Shown: piece after piece, positions 41,802-50,606 of the stretch
Layout of the letters: each line of letters begins with the position of its first letter
How positions within the stretch are numbered: the stretch's first letter is position 1
NCBI RefSeq assembly: GCF_002708845.1
Contig: NZ_PAPI01000035.1
Strand: one strand, 5' to 3'
Origin: Leeuwenhoekiella sp.
Lineage (GTDB): Bacteria; Bacteroidota; Bacteroidia; Flavobacteriales; Flavobacteriaceae
DNA: 64,000 bases
Program-made: the position numbers and the translations under genes
Notes under the pieces: generated by a model
What the model saw: only the letters and a program-made list of their open reading frames with translations
What the model was told of the DNA's origin: nothing
The model's database searches: none

Positions 41802-44800
41802 CTACTCACTAGATTTAGCCAAACGTTTTTGTTTTTCTCGGGCTTTGCGCTTGTCAGCAAATTTTACTTTGGCGCGATTGGTCAAATAAAACATAACCGG
41901 AACGATTACCAGCGTCAGGAAGGTTGCGAAAACCAATCCAAAAATCACGGTCCAGGCCAGTGGTCCCCAGAAAATTACGTTGTCACCACCTATGTAAATC
42001 CCCGGGTCATAATCAGTGAATAGACCAAAGAAATCAATGTTTAATCCTACTGCAAGGGGAATCAAGCCCAGTACAGTGGTAATCGCAGTAAGCAATACAG
42101 GTCTTAAACGCGATTTACCACCGGCAACCGTAAGTCTGAAGTATTCTTCACGAGTTAAATATTCATCGTCTTCGATACCTAATTCTTCTTTTTTACGATC
42201 GATAAGAATCTGAGTGTAATCGATAAGTACAATCGCATTATTCACTACAATCCCCGCCAATGAGATGATACCCATCATCGTCATCAGAATTACAAAGTCC
42301 ATCTGGAAAATGATAAGTCCGAGGAATACCCCAACCAAACTCAGAATAACCGCCATCAAAATAATGATGGGTTTTGAAAGCGAATTAAACTGAGCTACAA
42401 GGATGAGTAAGATTGAACCCATTGCGATACCTAATGCCATCAGAAGGAAATTCAGGTTGTCTTCTTGTTCTTCCTGTTCCCCGGTAAAGCTGTACGAAAT
42501 ACCCTCGGGAGTGTCATAACCGCTAAGTTCTTCCTTCAATTGTCCTACGATTTCGGTGGCATTGTAGCCCTGTTCAGTAAGAACGTTAGAGTATAAGGTA
42601 ATTACCCGCTTTAAATCTTTACGCTTTATCGCACTAAAGGCTGAAGATGCTTTTTTCTCGACAAGGGCTGAAATAGGCACCTGTATAATTTCTCCCTTAT
42701 TGTTTCTAAAGGTTACCGGCTGATTGAACAGCGCGCTCTCGTCATAGCGGTACTTATCATTAAAGCGCACGTTGATCTCATAATCATCATCACCTTCTTT
42801 ATAGGTTGAGGCTTCTTCCCCAAAAACAGATCGTCTTAAGGTCTGTCCGATTGCAGCGGTTGAAATTCCCAACTGACCTGCTTTTTCGCGGTCTACAATC
42901 ACACCAAGCTCTGCTTTAGAGCGGTTGACGTCTAGTTTGAGCTCTTCAATACCGCCAATACCGAGGTCTTCAATGTAGGTTCGCATATCTTCGGCGGCAA
43001 GTAGCATTTTCTCATAATCTTTGCCGCTTATTTCGATGTTGATGGGATAACCCACCGGTGGGCCGGCAGCGTCTTTCTCAACAATTATAGAAGCTCCCGG
43101 AAATCCTTTTACGGCATTACGCACTTCGCTAAGTACCGTGCTACTTTTTACACCCCGGCGCAATTTAAAATCACGCATAGATAAGGTGATTTTTCCCTTA
43201 TGAGGCATCTCGTTACTCTGGCCACCATCAGTCTGTGGGTTACCGGCACCCTGACCCACCTGTGAAATGGCACTTTCAACCATAAAGTTATACCCATCAG
43301 CATCTTCGTATTTTTTAATAGCGTCAAACACACGCTGCTCAACTTGCTTGGTAAGCGCATTGGTTTTTTCGATTGCAGTACCTTCCGGATATTCGATATA
43401 GGTTATAATCTGGTTGGGCTCATTTTCAGGGAAAAACAAGACCTTAGGCTGAACAATTCCGATTAAAATAAACGAAAGGAAAAGCATCAATAAGGTTCCG
43501 AAGAAAAACACGTAGGCTTTCTTTCCGCGTAGCGCATATTTTAAAAAGCGCTCGTAAAAGTTCTCCAGGTCTTTTAAAGATTTAAACTGAAAATAGCGTA
43601 CAGCTCCGGCAAGAAAATACTTGTAAGCCCAAAGTAAAATAGCAAACAGCAACATCAGGTTGCCAATACCTCTGAGTCCGCCTGAATCTGCGATAAAACC
43701 ACTTACCAGAGCGATTATACCTACTGCTGCAAGAATAAGGCTGTATCGAATTAATTTTTTCTTGGAAAGCTCTTCTTCTTCGGTCTTCATAAATCGCGAA
43801 GTAAGCATCGAGTTGATGATAAGCGCTACAAATAATGACGAACTCAACACTACTGAAAGGGTGATGGGGAAGTAAATCATAAATTTACCTATCGTCCCCG
43901 GCCATAGACCCAGTGGGAAGAAGGCTGCCAGTGTGGTCGCTGTTGAAGCGATAATAGGCCAGGCAATCTCTCCCATACCTTGTTTTGCAGCTTTGATACG
44001 CGACATGCCCTGATCCATCAGGGAGTAAACGTTCTCCACTACTACAATACCGTTGTCAACCAGCATTCCCAGACCCATCACGAGCCCAAAAAGTACCATG
44101 GTGTTGAGGGTAAAGCCTAAAGCCGAAAGAATGGTAAGCGACATAAACATAGAAAGCGGAATCGCAAAACCTACGAAAAGTGCGTTTCTAAAGCCTAAGA
44201 AAAACATCAATACCACAACGACCAGAATTACCCCAAAAATAATGTTATTAACCAGGTCATCAACCTGATTTTCGGTCTTTACAGACTGGTCATTGGTCAG
44301 ACTGATGTGTAGCGACTCGGGATAATAATTTGCTTCTTCCTCAGCGACGATTTTCTTGATTGACTCTACGGCTTCAATCATATTTTTACCGGCACGCTTT
44401 TTAACGTCAAGCATTACCACGGGCTGACCGTACTCGCGAGCAAAGGTTGTAGGATCTTTTTCTTTAAAACGAACGGTAGCAATGTCTTTTAGGAAAATGT
44501 TTCCACCATCACGTTTTACCACAATGTCATTAAGTTCCTGTGGATTGTCAATTTCGCCCAAAACACGAATGTTTTTGCGCAAACCATCGGTGATAACGTT
44601 ACCCGCAGAAATGGTATTGTTTTCGGCTCTGATCGCATTAAGAATGTTGTCAAAACTTACCTTGGATGCGGTCATTTTGTAGATGTCTACCGCAACTTCG
44701 ACTTCCTGTTCTTCGGCACCACGTATGGTTGCTTCTTTAATCTGCGGAAGCAATTCAATCTTATCCTGAAGGTGCTCAGCATAATCTTTTAATTGCTGAA

Positions 44801-45290
44801 CCTGAAAATCTCCCGTAAGGTTTATATTAAGGATAGGCTGTTCTTCTGAAATATTCAGGTCAAAGATATTTGGCTCAACTTTAGCTCCGTTGTCGAGGGT
44901 AGGCCAGGTAGTTTCGGCTTTCACCAAATCCACTTTATCCTTAACCTTTGTTTTGGCAACGTTAACGTCTACATCTTCCTCAAATTCTACAATAATAATA
45001 CTGTAATCCTGAAGGGTAGTTGAGGTAATTTCTTTAACTCCGCCTATATCGTTAAATTCTTCCTCGAGAGGTTCGGTAATAAATTTTTCTACATCCTCTG
45101 CAGCGTTACCAGGATTTACTGAGCTTACGTAAATTTTAGTCTCAATAATCTCGGGGAATGCTTCCCGCGGCATACTGTAATAGGCAGCAAGACCACTTAT
45201 AAGGATGATGGCCGTAATTACGTAGACCGTCATCCGGTTGTCTATTGCCCAGGACGAGATGCCAAATTCTTTATAATTGTTTTTTGCCAT
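41802..45290 (-). CDS. RND efflux transporter permease (AcrB/HAE family) with an unusually long central loop
   Basis: 1162 aa with typical RND N-terminus and periplasmic/TM alternation. About 55-60 extra residues containing two hydrophobic helices lie between the TM6-like and TM7-like segments (aa ~503-578). Confidence 0.9.
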   Translation of the reverse strand: MAKNNYKEFGISSWAIDNRMTVYVITAIILISGLAAYYSMPREAFPEIIETKIYVSSVNPGNAAEDVEKFITEPLEEEFNDIGGVKEITSTTLQDYSIIIVEFEEDVDVNVAKTKVKDKVDLVKAETTWPTLDNGAKVEPNIFDLNISEEQPILNINLTGDFQVQQLKDYAEHLQDKIELLPQIKEATIRGAEEQEVEVAVDIYKMTASKVSFDNILNAIRAENNTISAGNVITDGLRKNIRVLGEIDNPQELNDIVVKRDGGNIFLKDIATVRFKEKDPTTFAREYGQPVVMLDVKKRAGKNMIEAVESIKKIVAEEEANYYPESLHISLTNDQSVKTENQVDDLVNNIIFGVILVVVVLMFFLGFRNALFVGFAIPLSMFMSLTILSALGFTLNTMVLFGLVMGLGMLVDNGIVVVENVYSLMDQGMSRIKAAKQGMGEIAWPIIASTATTLAAFFPLGLWPGTIGKFMIYFPITLSVVLSSSLFVALIINSMLTSRFMKTEEEELSKKKLIRYSLILAAVGIIALVSGFIADSGGLRGIGNLMLLFAILLWAYKYFLAGAVRYFQFKSLKDLENFYERFLKYALRGKKAYVFFFGTLLMLFLSFILIGIVQPKVLFFPENEPNQIITYIEYPEGTAIEKTNALTKQVEQRVFDAIKKYEDADGYNFMVESAISQVGQGAGNPQTDGGQSNEMPHKGKITLSMRDFKLRRGVKSSTVLSEVRNAVKGFPGASIIVEKDAAGPPVGYPINIEISGKDYEKMLLAAEDMRTYIEDLGIGGIEELKLDVNRSKAELGVIVDREKAGQLGISTAAIGQTLRRSVFGEEASTYKEGDDDYEINVRFNDKYRYDESALFNQPVTFRNNKGEIIQVPISALVEKKASSAFSAIKRKDLKRVITLYSNVLTEQGYNATEIVGQLKEELSGYDTPEGISYSFTGEQEEQEDNLNFLLMALGIAMGSILLILVAQFNSLSKPIIILMAVILSLVGVFLGLIIFQMDFVILMTMMGIISLAGIVVNNAIVLIDYTQILIDRKKEELGIEDDEYLTREEYFRLTVAGGKSRLRPVLLTAITTVLGLIPLAVGLNIDFFGLFTDYDPGIYIGGDNVIFWGPLAWTVIFGLVFATFLTLVIVPVMFYLTNRAKVKFADKRKAREKQKRLAKSSE

Positions 45291-45291
45291 G

Positions 45292-46467
45292 TTACTGGTT
45301 GTTTGAATTTTGATTTTCTAAAGTAACCTGCTGTCCATCTCTTAGGGTGCGTACACCTTCGATGATAAGCTGATCTCCGCTTTTTAAGCCTGAAAGTACT
45401 TCTACCTGTTTATCTGAAGAATAGCCTTTTTCTATCTGAACCTGCTTGGCAATAGCACCGTCACCATCATTTACGTAGATGTAAGTAATGCTGTTACCTG
45501 CGGCGTTTTGCTGAATGGTATTTTCCGGGATCACAATTGCATTTTCTGAAGTGTAATCGTTAACCATCACGGTTGCGATCAGGTTTGGTTTAATCGCGCT
45601 GTCTGCGTTGGGTAAAGCAACCTTCACATCAAAAGTCCGGTTGTCAGGATTTACAAAATTACCAACCTGTCTTATTTTGCCATCGTAGGTTTTGCCTATA
45701 GACGCCAGTCTGATTTTTACATCGGTACCCTCATTTACCTTTCCTAAATAAGCTTCAGGGATTGAAGCATTTACATACATATCGCTCAGGTTGATGAGTC
45801 TGATTACCGGAGTCTGGCCTGCATTAACCACCTGGCCCTGATCTGCGATAAGATTGTCAATCACTCCTGAAAATGGTGCGGTGATCACGGTTTTACCAAT
45901 ACGTGATCGCATTTGGTTTGTAGCTGCTTCCATAGCTTCATAATTGGTTTTGGCTTCGAGGTAGCTTATTTCTGAGCCTATTTTCTGATCCCAAAGACGC
46001 TTTTGACGCTCAAAAGTGGTTTTAGCCAAAGCAAGTTGAGCTTCCTGACGGGCTAGTTCGCTACCCAAACCGCCATCATCTATTCGTGCCAGGCGCTGAC
46101 CTTTAGCTACACGTTGTCCTTCTTTGACATACACCTGAGTGAGTACTCCGGTATATTCAGGGTAAAGCACAATATTCTGATCGGTCTCAACATTGCCTTG
46201 TACTTCAAAGTAATGTTGAAACAGAGTGTCTTGCAGGGTGGTCGTCGTTACCAGAGCTGCTTTTTTTGTGGTGTCTTTAGCCTCAATAGCAGCAGTTAGC
46301 GAGTCAATGCTGGCTTTAAGTTTTGATTGCTCCTGAACCAGTTCGGTTTTCTTGGCCCGCATCTCGCCAAGATTTCCATTTTCAATAATATCTTCAACAG
46401 AGTCCTTTTCGTTTCCACAGGAAAGCAACAAAAGGCTAACAGCTAAGAGAGTAAGTATATTTTTCAT
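45292..46467 (-). CDS. RND efflux periplasmic adaptor (membrane fusion protein)
   Basis: Lipoprotein signal (…LLLSC|GNE), a coiled-coil hairpin and beta-barrel segments. Its stop is 1 nt from the RND start. Confidence 0.88.
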   Translation of the reverse strand: MKNILTLLAVSLLLLSCGNEKDSVEDIIENGNLGEMRAKKTELVQEQSKLKASIDSLTAAIEAKDTTKKAALVTTTTLQDTLFQHYFEVQGNVETDQNIVLYPEYTGVLTQVYVKEGQRVAKGQRLARIDDGGLGSELARQEAQLALAKTTFERQKRLWDQKIGSEISYLEAKTNYEAMEAATNQMRSRIGKTVITAPFSGVIDNLIADQGQVVNAGQTPVIRLINLSDMYVNASIPEAYLGKVNEGTDVKIRLASIGKTYDGKIRQVGNFVNPDNRTFDVKVALPNADSAIKPNLIATVMVNDYTSENAIVIPENTIQQNAAGNSITYIYVNDGDGAIAKQVQIEKGYSSDKQVEVLSGLKSGDQLIIEGVRTLRDGQQVTLENQNSNNQ

Positions 46468-46485
46468 AAATGACAGGTGTATGAT

Positions 46486-47865
46486 TTAATCGTTTTTTGG
46501 TTGATATAATGAAGTGTCAAGTGCTTTTTCAAGCGCGGCTTTGTTGGTGATAACCTCGTACATAGCCTGCAAATAATTTTGCTGAGCCTGATAGAGCTGG
46601 GTTTGAGCTTCGCTCAGTTCAAAGCTCGAAGCTATACCTTCAAAAAATTTGACTGAATTTTTGTTTTCGATACGCTCGGCGAGTTCCAGGTTTTTTTCCT
46701 GCGTGGTAAAATTGTCTAAGGCAAACTGATAATCGTTACGGGCTGAGGCAATCAGCAGTTTTGCCTGATTGCGTGCCTGCTCCAGATCTTCTAGACTCTG
46801 CTGGTAAGCCATCTCTTTTTGTGCCGTACGTGCAGCACGCATACCACTGCTAAAGATGGGTACTGCAAGTGAAACTCCTGCTATTGACTGCTCAAAATAG
46901 CGTTGCTCCTTACTTAGAAAGGTAAACTCATTACTCGCACCGGCTGCTCCATAATTTACAAAGGCCGTAAGTCTGGGGAGGGCTTTGCTTTTCTCCAGTT
47001 TTACCTGAATTTCTGCAAGATTGGCCTGATCCTGAGCGATTCTGAAATCTATGGTGTTCTCGGGATCTACAGTTGATGTGAGCAGATTGAGATCATAATA
47101 CTGCATCGCAAGATCCTGAAGTTGATCTGTTACCATCAGTTTGCTTTCAATAGGAATGCCTAAAGTAAGTTTCAGCATATCGTAGGCAATTGCAAGCTGG
47201 CGTACGGTATTGTTGAGTTGTTGCTCCAGATCAAGCTGGGTGATTTGCAATTGCTCCACGTTTTCTTCTTCGGTAAGACCGTTTTCAAAAATTTTCTGAG
47301 TGTCAGAGAGGTTCTTATCTACCGTCTCCAGGTTTTTCTGAAGAATGCGTACACTTTCTTCGGCTAAAAGTACATTGCCGTAAGCTTCAATAATGCCCTG
47401 TTTGACTTCAAGATCTGTTTTTACTTTTGCGTTTTCTGAAATCTGAAGCAAGGTTTTGGCAGACTGAACACCTACAATATAAGAGCCGTCAAAAATAAGC
47501 TGATTCCAGGTTGCAGTGGCCGAAGCATTTTGCTTGGGACTAAATTGTACCGGCGCAAAAGTACCGGGCTCAGCATCGGGATCAAAAAACTGCGCAGGAA
47601 TAAACGATGTGGGCTGAATCAATTGATTTTGGTAATTAATCTCACCACTTATTTGGGGTAAGCCCTGAGCGATGATTTCCCATTTTTGTTTAAGTGCAAC
47701 GGCCACGTCTGTTTGTGCATTTTTTGCACTGTAATTATTTTCCAGACCATAAATTATGGCATCCTGCAGACTTAGTGCGTAGGTCTCAACTGTAGTGCTG
47801 TCCTGAGCATTTGTAAAAAAGCCTAGACTTAAAAACAGGAGAAGAAATGTTGATTTTAATTGCAT
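46486..47865 (-). CDS. TolC-family outer membrane efflux protein
   Basis: 459 aa with a signal peptide and two repeated helix/strand halves typical of the OEP family. Confidence 0.85.
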   Translation of the reverse strand: MQLKSTFLLLFLSLGFFTNAQDSTTVETYALSLQDAIIYGLENNYSAKNAQTDVAVALKQKWEIIAQGLPQISGEINYQNQLIQPTSFIPAQFFDPDAEPGTFAPVQFSPKQNASATATWNQLIFDGSYIVGVQSAKTLLQISENAKVKTDLEVKQGIIEAYGNVLLAEESVRILQKNLETVDKNLSDTQKIFENGLTEEENVEQLQITQLDLEQQLNNTVRQLAIAYDMLKLTLGIPIESKLMVTDQLQDLAMQYYDLNLLTSTVDPENTIDFRIAQDQANLAEIQVKLEKSKALPRLTAFVNYGAAGASNEFTFLSKEQRYFEQSIAGVSLAVPIFSSGMRAARTAQKEMAYQQSLEDLEQARNQAKLLIASARNDYQFALDNFTTQEKNLELAERIENKNSVKFFEGIASSFELSEAQTQLYQAQQNYLQAMYEVITNKAALEKALDTSLYQPKND

Positions 47866-48470
47866 TAGTCTTCGTTTGAGTGGATTAGGTTGATTAGAAT
47901 TTTACGTCCTTCAGGGGTTACAATACCTCTCAGATGATACTCCAGGTATGATTCGTGAAGGTCTGCCGGGGCAAATTGCTCTAAAGGAAAGAGGCTTTGG
48001 TCTTTAATCCCGGTGATGCCCAAAAAATAAATACGGGCAACAAACTCAGGATCCAGATTACGTCTATAGAGTCCTTTTTCCAGACCATTGTTTAGATTTC
48101 TTAACACACAGCGCTGCATAAATTCATATTGATCGCTTTTGAGTTCGTCATAAATCCTGGGGTAATATTTGTTCAACTGTTGTATGGGATAGCTGCGCTC
48201 ACCTTTTAAGTAATGCATCACATATTTTTTTACCTCATACAATTCTTCAATTGGATTCATATGCTCTCCCACAAGGCCTTCAATGGTGTGTTTTAAATCA
48301 GCGAGTATTTTTAAACCCACTTCGCGCACCAGTTCGGTTTTATTGGTGAAGCTGGTATAAATCGTTTTTTTAGATATACCCATATGTGTGGCTATATCGT
48401 CCATCGTTACACTTTTAAACCCCTGGGTTAAAAAAAGTTCACCGGCTTGTTTTAAAATTTCGTCTTTCAT
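47865..48470 (-). CDS. TetR/AcrR-family transcriptional regulator
   Basis: N-terminal HTH GFKSVTMDDIATHMGISKKTIYTSF. Its stop overlaps the tolC-like start by 1 nt (TAATG). Confidence 0.88.
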   Translation of the reverse strand: MKDEILKQAGELFLTQGFKSVTMDDIATHMGISKKTIYTSFTNKTELVREVGLKILADLKHTIEGLVGEHMNPIEELYEVKKYVMHYLKGERSYPIQQLNKYYPRIYDELKSDQYEFMQRCVLRNLNNGLEKGLYRRNLDPEFVARIYFLGITGIKDQSLFPLEQFAPADLHESYLEYHLRGIVTPEGRKILINLIHSNED

Positions 48471-48489
48471 TCCGGCGCAAACCTACAAC

Positions 48490-48517
48490 GGAAACTTTAA
48501 AAACTAAAATAGTTTCC
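48490..48517. promoter_or_regulatory. Inverted repeat GGAAACT-N14-AGTTTCC, candidate TetR operator
   Basis: Perfect 7 nt arms located 20-47 nt upstream of the tetR start, in the promoter region of the tetR-tolC-mfp-rnd operon. Confidence 0.4.
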
Positions 48518-48631
48518 TAAGTTTTTTACTCATTTAATGATTGCTTAACATAGTAATTCGTGTACAGCTTGTGAGGCTTTACGGTTTAAGTTCGAAAAGA
48601 GAATGTTATTTTAGCGGAAAATAAATCGAGC

Positions 48632-49606
48632 ATGCTGCGTATTGATCAATACACCCAACTTTTTACCGAGTACCTTAATCAAAAAATAACGCCTAGGGAG
48701 CCACATAATCTTTACGAACCCATACGCTACATTTTGCAGCTGGGCGGTAAACGCTTACGCCCGGTTCTTACGCTAATGGCGACTTCGGTTTTTGAAGCCG
48801 ATTATAAAAAAGCCCTTGATGCGGCTTTGGCTGTTGAGGTTTTTCACAACTTTTCGTTAGTGCATGATGATATTATGGATGATGCTCCTTTGCGACGTGG
48901 GCAGGAGACCGTGCACGAAAAGTGGGATATCAATACCGGTATTTTATCTGGTGATGCGATGTTGATTAACGCGTATCAGCTTTTTGAGAATTATGAGGGC
49001 GAAACCTTTAGAAAACTGGCTAAATTATTCAGTAAGACGGCAATTGAGGTGTGCGAGGGTCAGCAGTATGACATTGATTTTGAAAGTCGGGATGATGTAA
49101 TGTTGCCTGAATATCTCAAAATGATTGAATACAAAACTGCGGTTTTAGTAGGAGCGGCTCTTAAGATGGGAGCAATTGTGGCTGAGACTTCTGAGTCTAA
49201 TTGCGAGCGTATCTATGAGTTTGGTCGGGATCTGGGTATCGCTTTTCAGCTTCAGGATGACTATCTTGATGCATTTGGCGACCCGGAAACCTTCGGTAAA
49301 CAGGTGGGTGGCGATATCATTGAGAATAAGAAGACCTTCTTGTATCTTACGGCTTTAGAAGATCTAAAACCGGAGCAAAGCGTCCAACTTCGGCATCTAT
49401 TCAGCATAAACCCGCAGGATCCTTCCGAAAAAATAGAAACGGTAAAACAGTTGTTTTTAGAATCAGGTGCTGCTGATAAAATTCAAAAAGAAATTGAAGC
49501 CTATACCCATCGCGCCCTGGAGGTTCTTAATGCTATGGATGTTAAAGAAGAAGGGAAAGAAGTTTTGCGTAAATTTGCCCACGCATTGATGCGACGCACA
49601 GTCTAA
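48632..49606 (+). CDS. Polyprenyl diphosphate synthase (trans-isoprenyl diphosphate synthase family)
   Basis: First aspartate-rich motif LVHDDIMDDAPLRRG and second FQLQDDYLDAFGD. Confidence 0.9.
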   Translation: MLRIDQYTQLFTEYLNQKITPREPHNLYEPIRYILQLGGKRLRPVLTLMATSVFEADYKKALDAALAVEVFHNFSLVHDDIMDDAPLRRGQETVHEKWDINTGILSGDAMLINAYQLFENYEGETFRKLAKLFSKTAIEVCEGQQYDIDFESRDDVMLPEYLKMIEYKTAVLVGAALKMGAIVAETSESNCERIYEFGRDLGIAFQLQDDYLDAFGDPETFGKQVGGDIIENKKTFLYLTALEDLKPEQSVQLRHLFSINPQDPSEKIETVKQLFLESGAADKIQKEIEAYTHRALEVLNAMDVKEEGKEVLRKFAHALMRRTV

Positions 49607-49608
49607 AG

Positions 49609-49944
49609 GTGAAAGGTTTAGCGATTTTAGAAGAAGCAAAAGCAAGCGGTCTTTATGATGCGCTGATAATACAACTCAACAAAGATTTTCTGAGAGCAGG
49701 GCTTTCAGAGCAGTTTGATGAGCATATAAAGCCTGAAGCATTAATGCGTAATCTGCAGGCGACTTTATATGAGCAAATTCTTTCCGATTTTGAGAGTTAT
49801 TTAACGCTTCTTTACACCATAGATGTTTCGGAAGCTAAAATCAAGGCTTTACCATCTATGGAACTTCACGAACTTACCGCGATAGTAACTACGCTGATTT
49901 TAGAGCGCGAACTTTTTAAAATTTCGTTTAAAAATAAACCCTAA
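49609..49944 (+). CDS. Hypothetical protein (GTG start, 111 aa)
   Basis: The ORF starts 2 nt after the polyprenyl synthase stop. No motif recognised. Its 3' end overlaps the convergent OMP gene by 17 nt. Confidence 0.4.
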   Translation: MKGLAILEEAKASGLYDALIIQLNKDFLRAGLSEQFDEHIKPEALMRNLQATLYEQILSDFESYLTLLYTIDVSEAKIKALPSMELHELTAIVTTLILERELFKISFKNKP

Positions 49945-50443
49945 TAAAAGGCTGGATGGCGCTTGTGTATATACTGTTAGTATCGTCAAACAGCACGTTA
50001 TATCGCACTCCAAATGTCATTGGCCCACTGCGGTAACCGGCTCCCAGAAAGAGTGCGGTATTCCAAAAATCACGAGTTAGTGTACCTGAAGGTTGTTCTT
50101 GCTTTTGATTAACATATAATTCCTCCAGTTCGGCTGAAAGCTGTATCTGATTCAAAGGGTTAAACAGCGCAATTACACTACCACCTGTGATTGAAGTCTT
50201 AAAATTTCCGTTCTTGATATAGGAGTAACTCAAACCCGGTCCCAGCGCAAAATACTCGTTAAAGTTGTAAATGGCGCTAGGCGCGATATTGAAAGCGAAA
50301 TAATTATTTCCAAAATTCAGACCTAAACCACCTCCATACTGCACCTTATCCCAAAATCCGCGTTCTATGGACTGAGCTTTAAGACTGTGATTGGAAAGGA
50401 ATAAACAAAGTAAAAGTGCGGGTAGAACGTGCAGAATTTTCAT
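49928..50443 (-). CDS. Small outer membrane beta-barrel (porin-family) protein
   Basis: Signal peptide, alternating aromatic/glycine beta-strand pattern, C-terminal …IRVYF. Confidence 0.7.
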   Translation of the reverse strand: MKILHVLPALLLCLFLSNHSLKAQSIERGFWDKVQYGGGLGLNFGNNYFAFNIAPSAIYNFNEYFALGPGLSYSYIKNGNFKTSITGGSVIALFNPLNQIQLSAELEELYVNQKQEQPSGTLTRDFWNTALFLGAGYRSGPMTFGVRYNVLFDDTNSIYTSAIQPFIRVYF

Positions 50444-50557
50444 AGTTTAAGATTTTAAAGAGGTGGTATACGAAAAAATACGTTTTTTCTAGCGTTCCCA
50501 AATGTTAAGGATATGTATAAATTGAAAATGCAGCACCCAAATGGATGGTAAATATTG

Positions 50558-50565
50558 TATTTTTG
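50558..50565 (+). promoter_or_regulatory. Bacteroidota -7 box (TAnnTTTG) candidate for sucAB
   Basis: TATTTTTG lies 42 nt upstream of ATG 50607 and inside the ORF-track 5' extension, which supports 50607 as the true start. Confidence 0.35.
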
Positions 50566-50606
50566 CCCAATTATCGCTTAAAAAATCGACAGATTTAAAT
50601 CATAAA

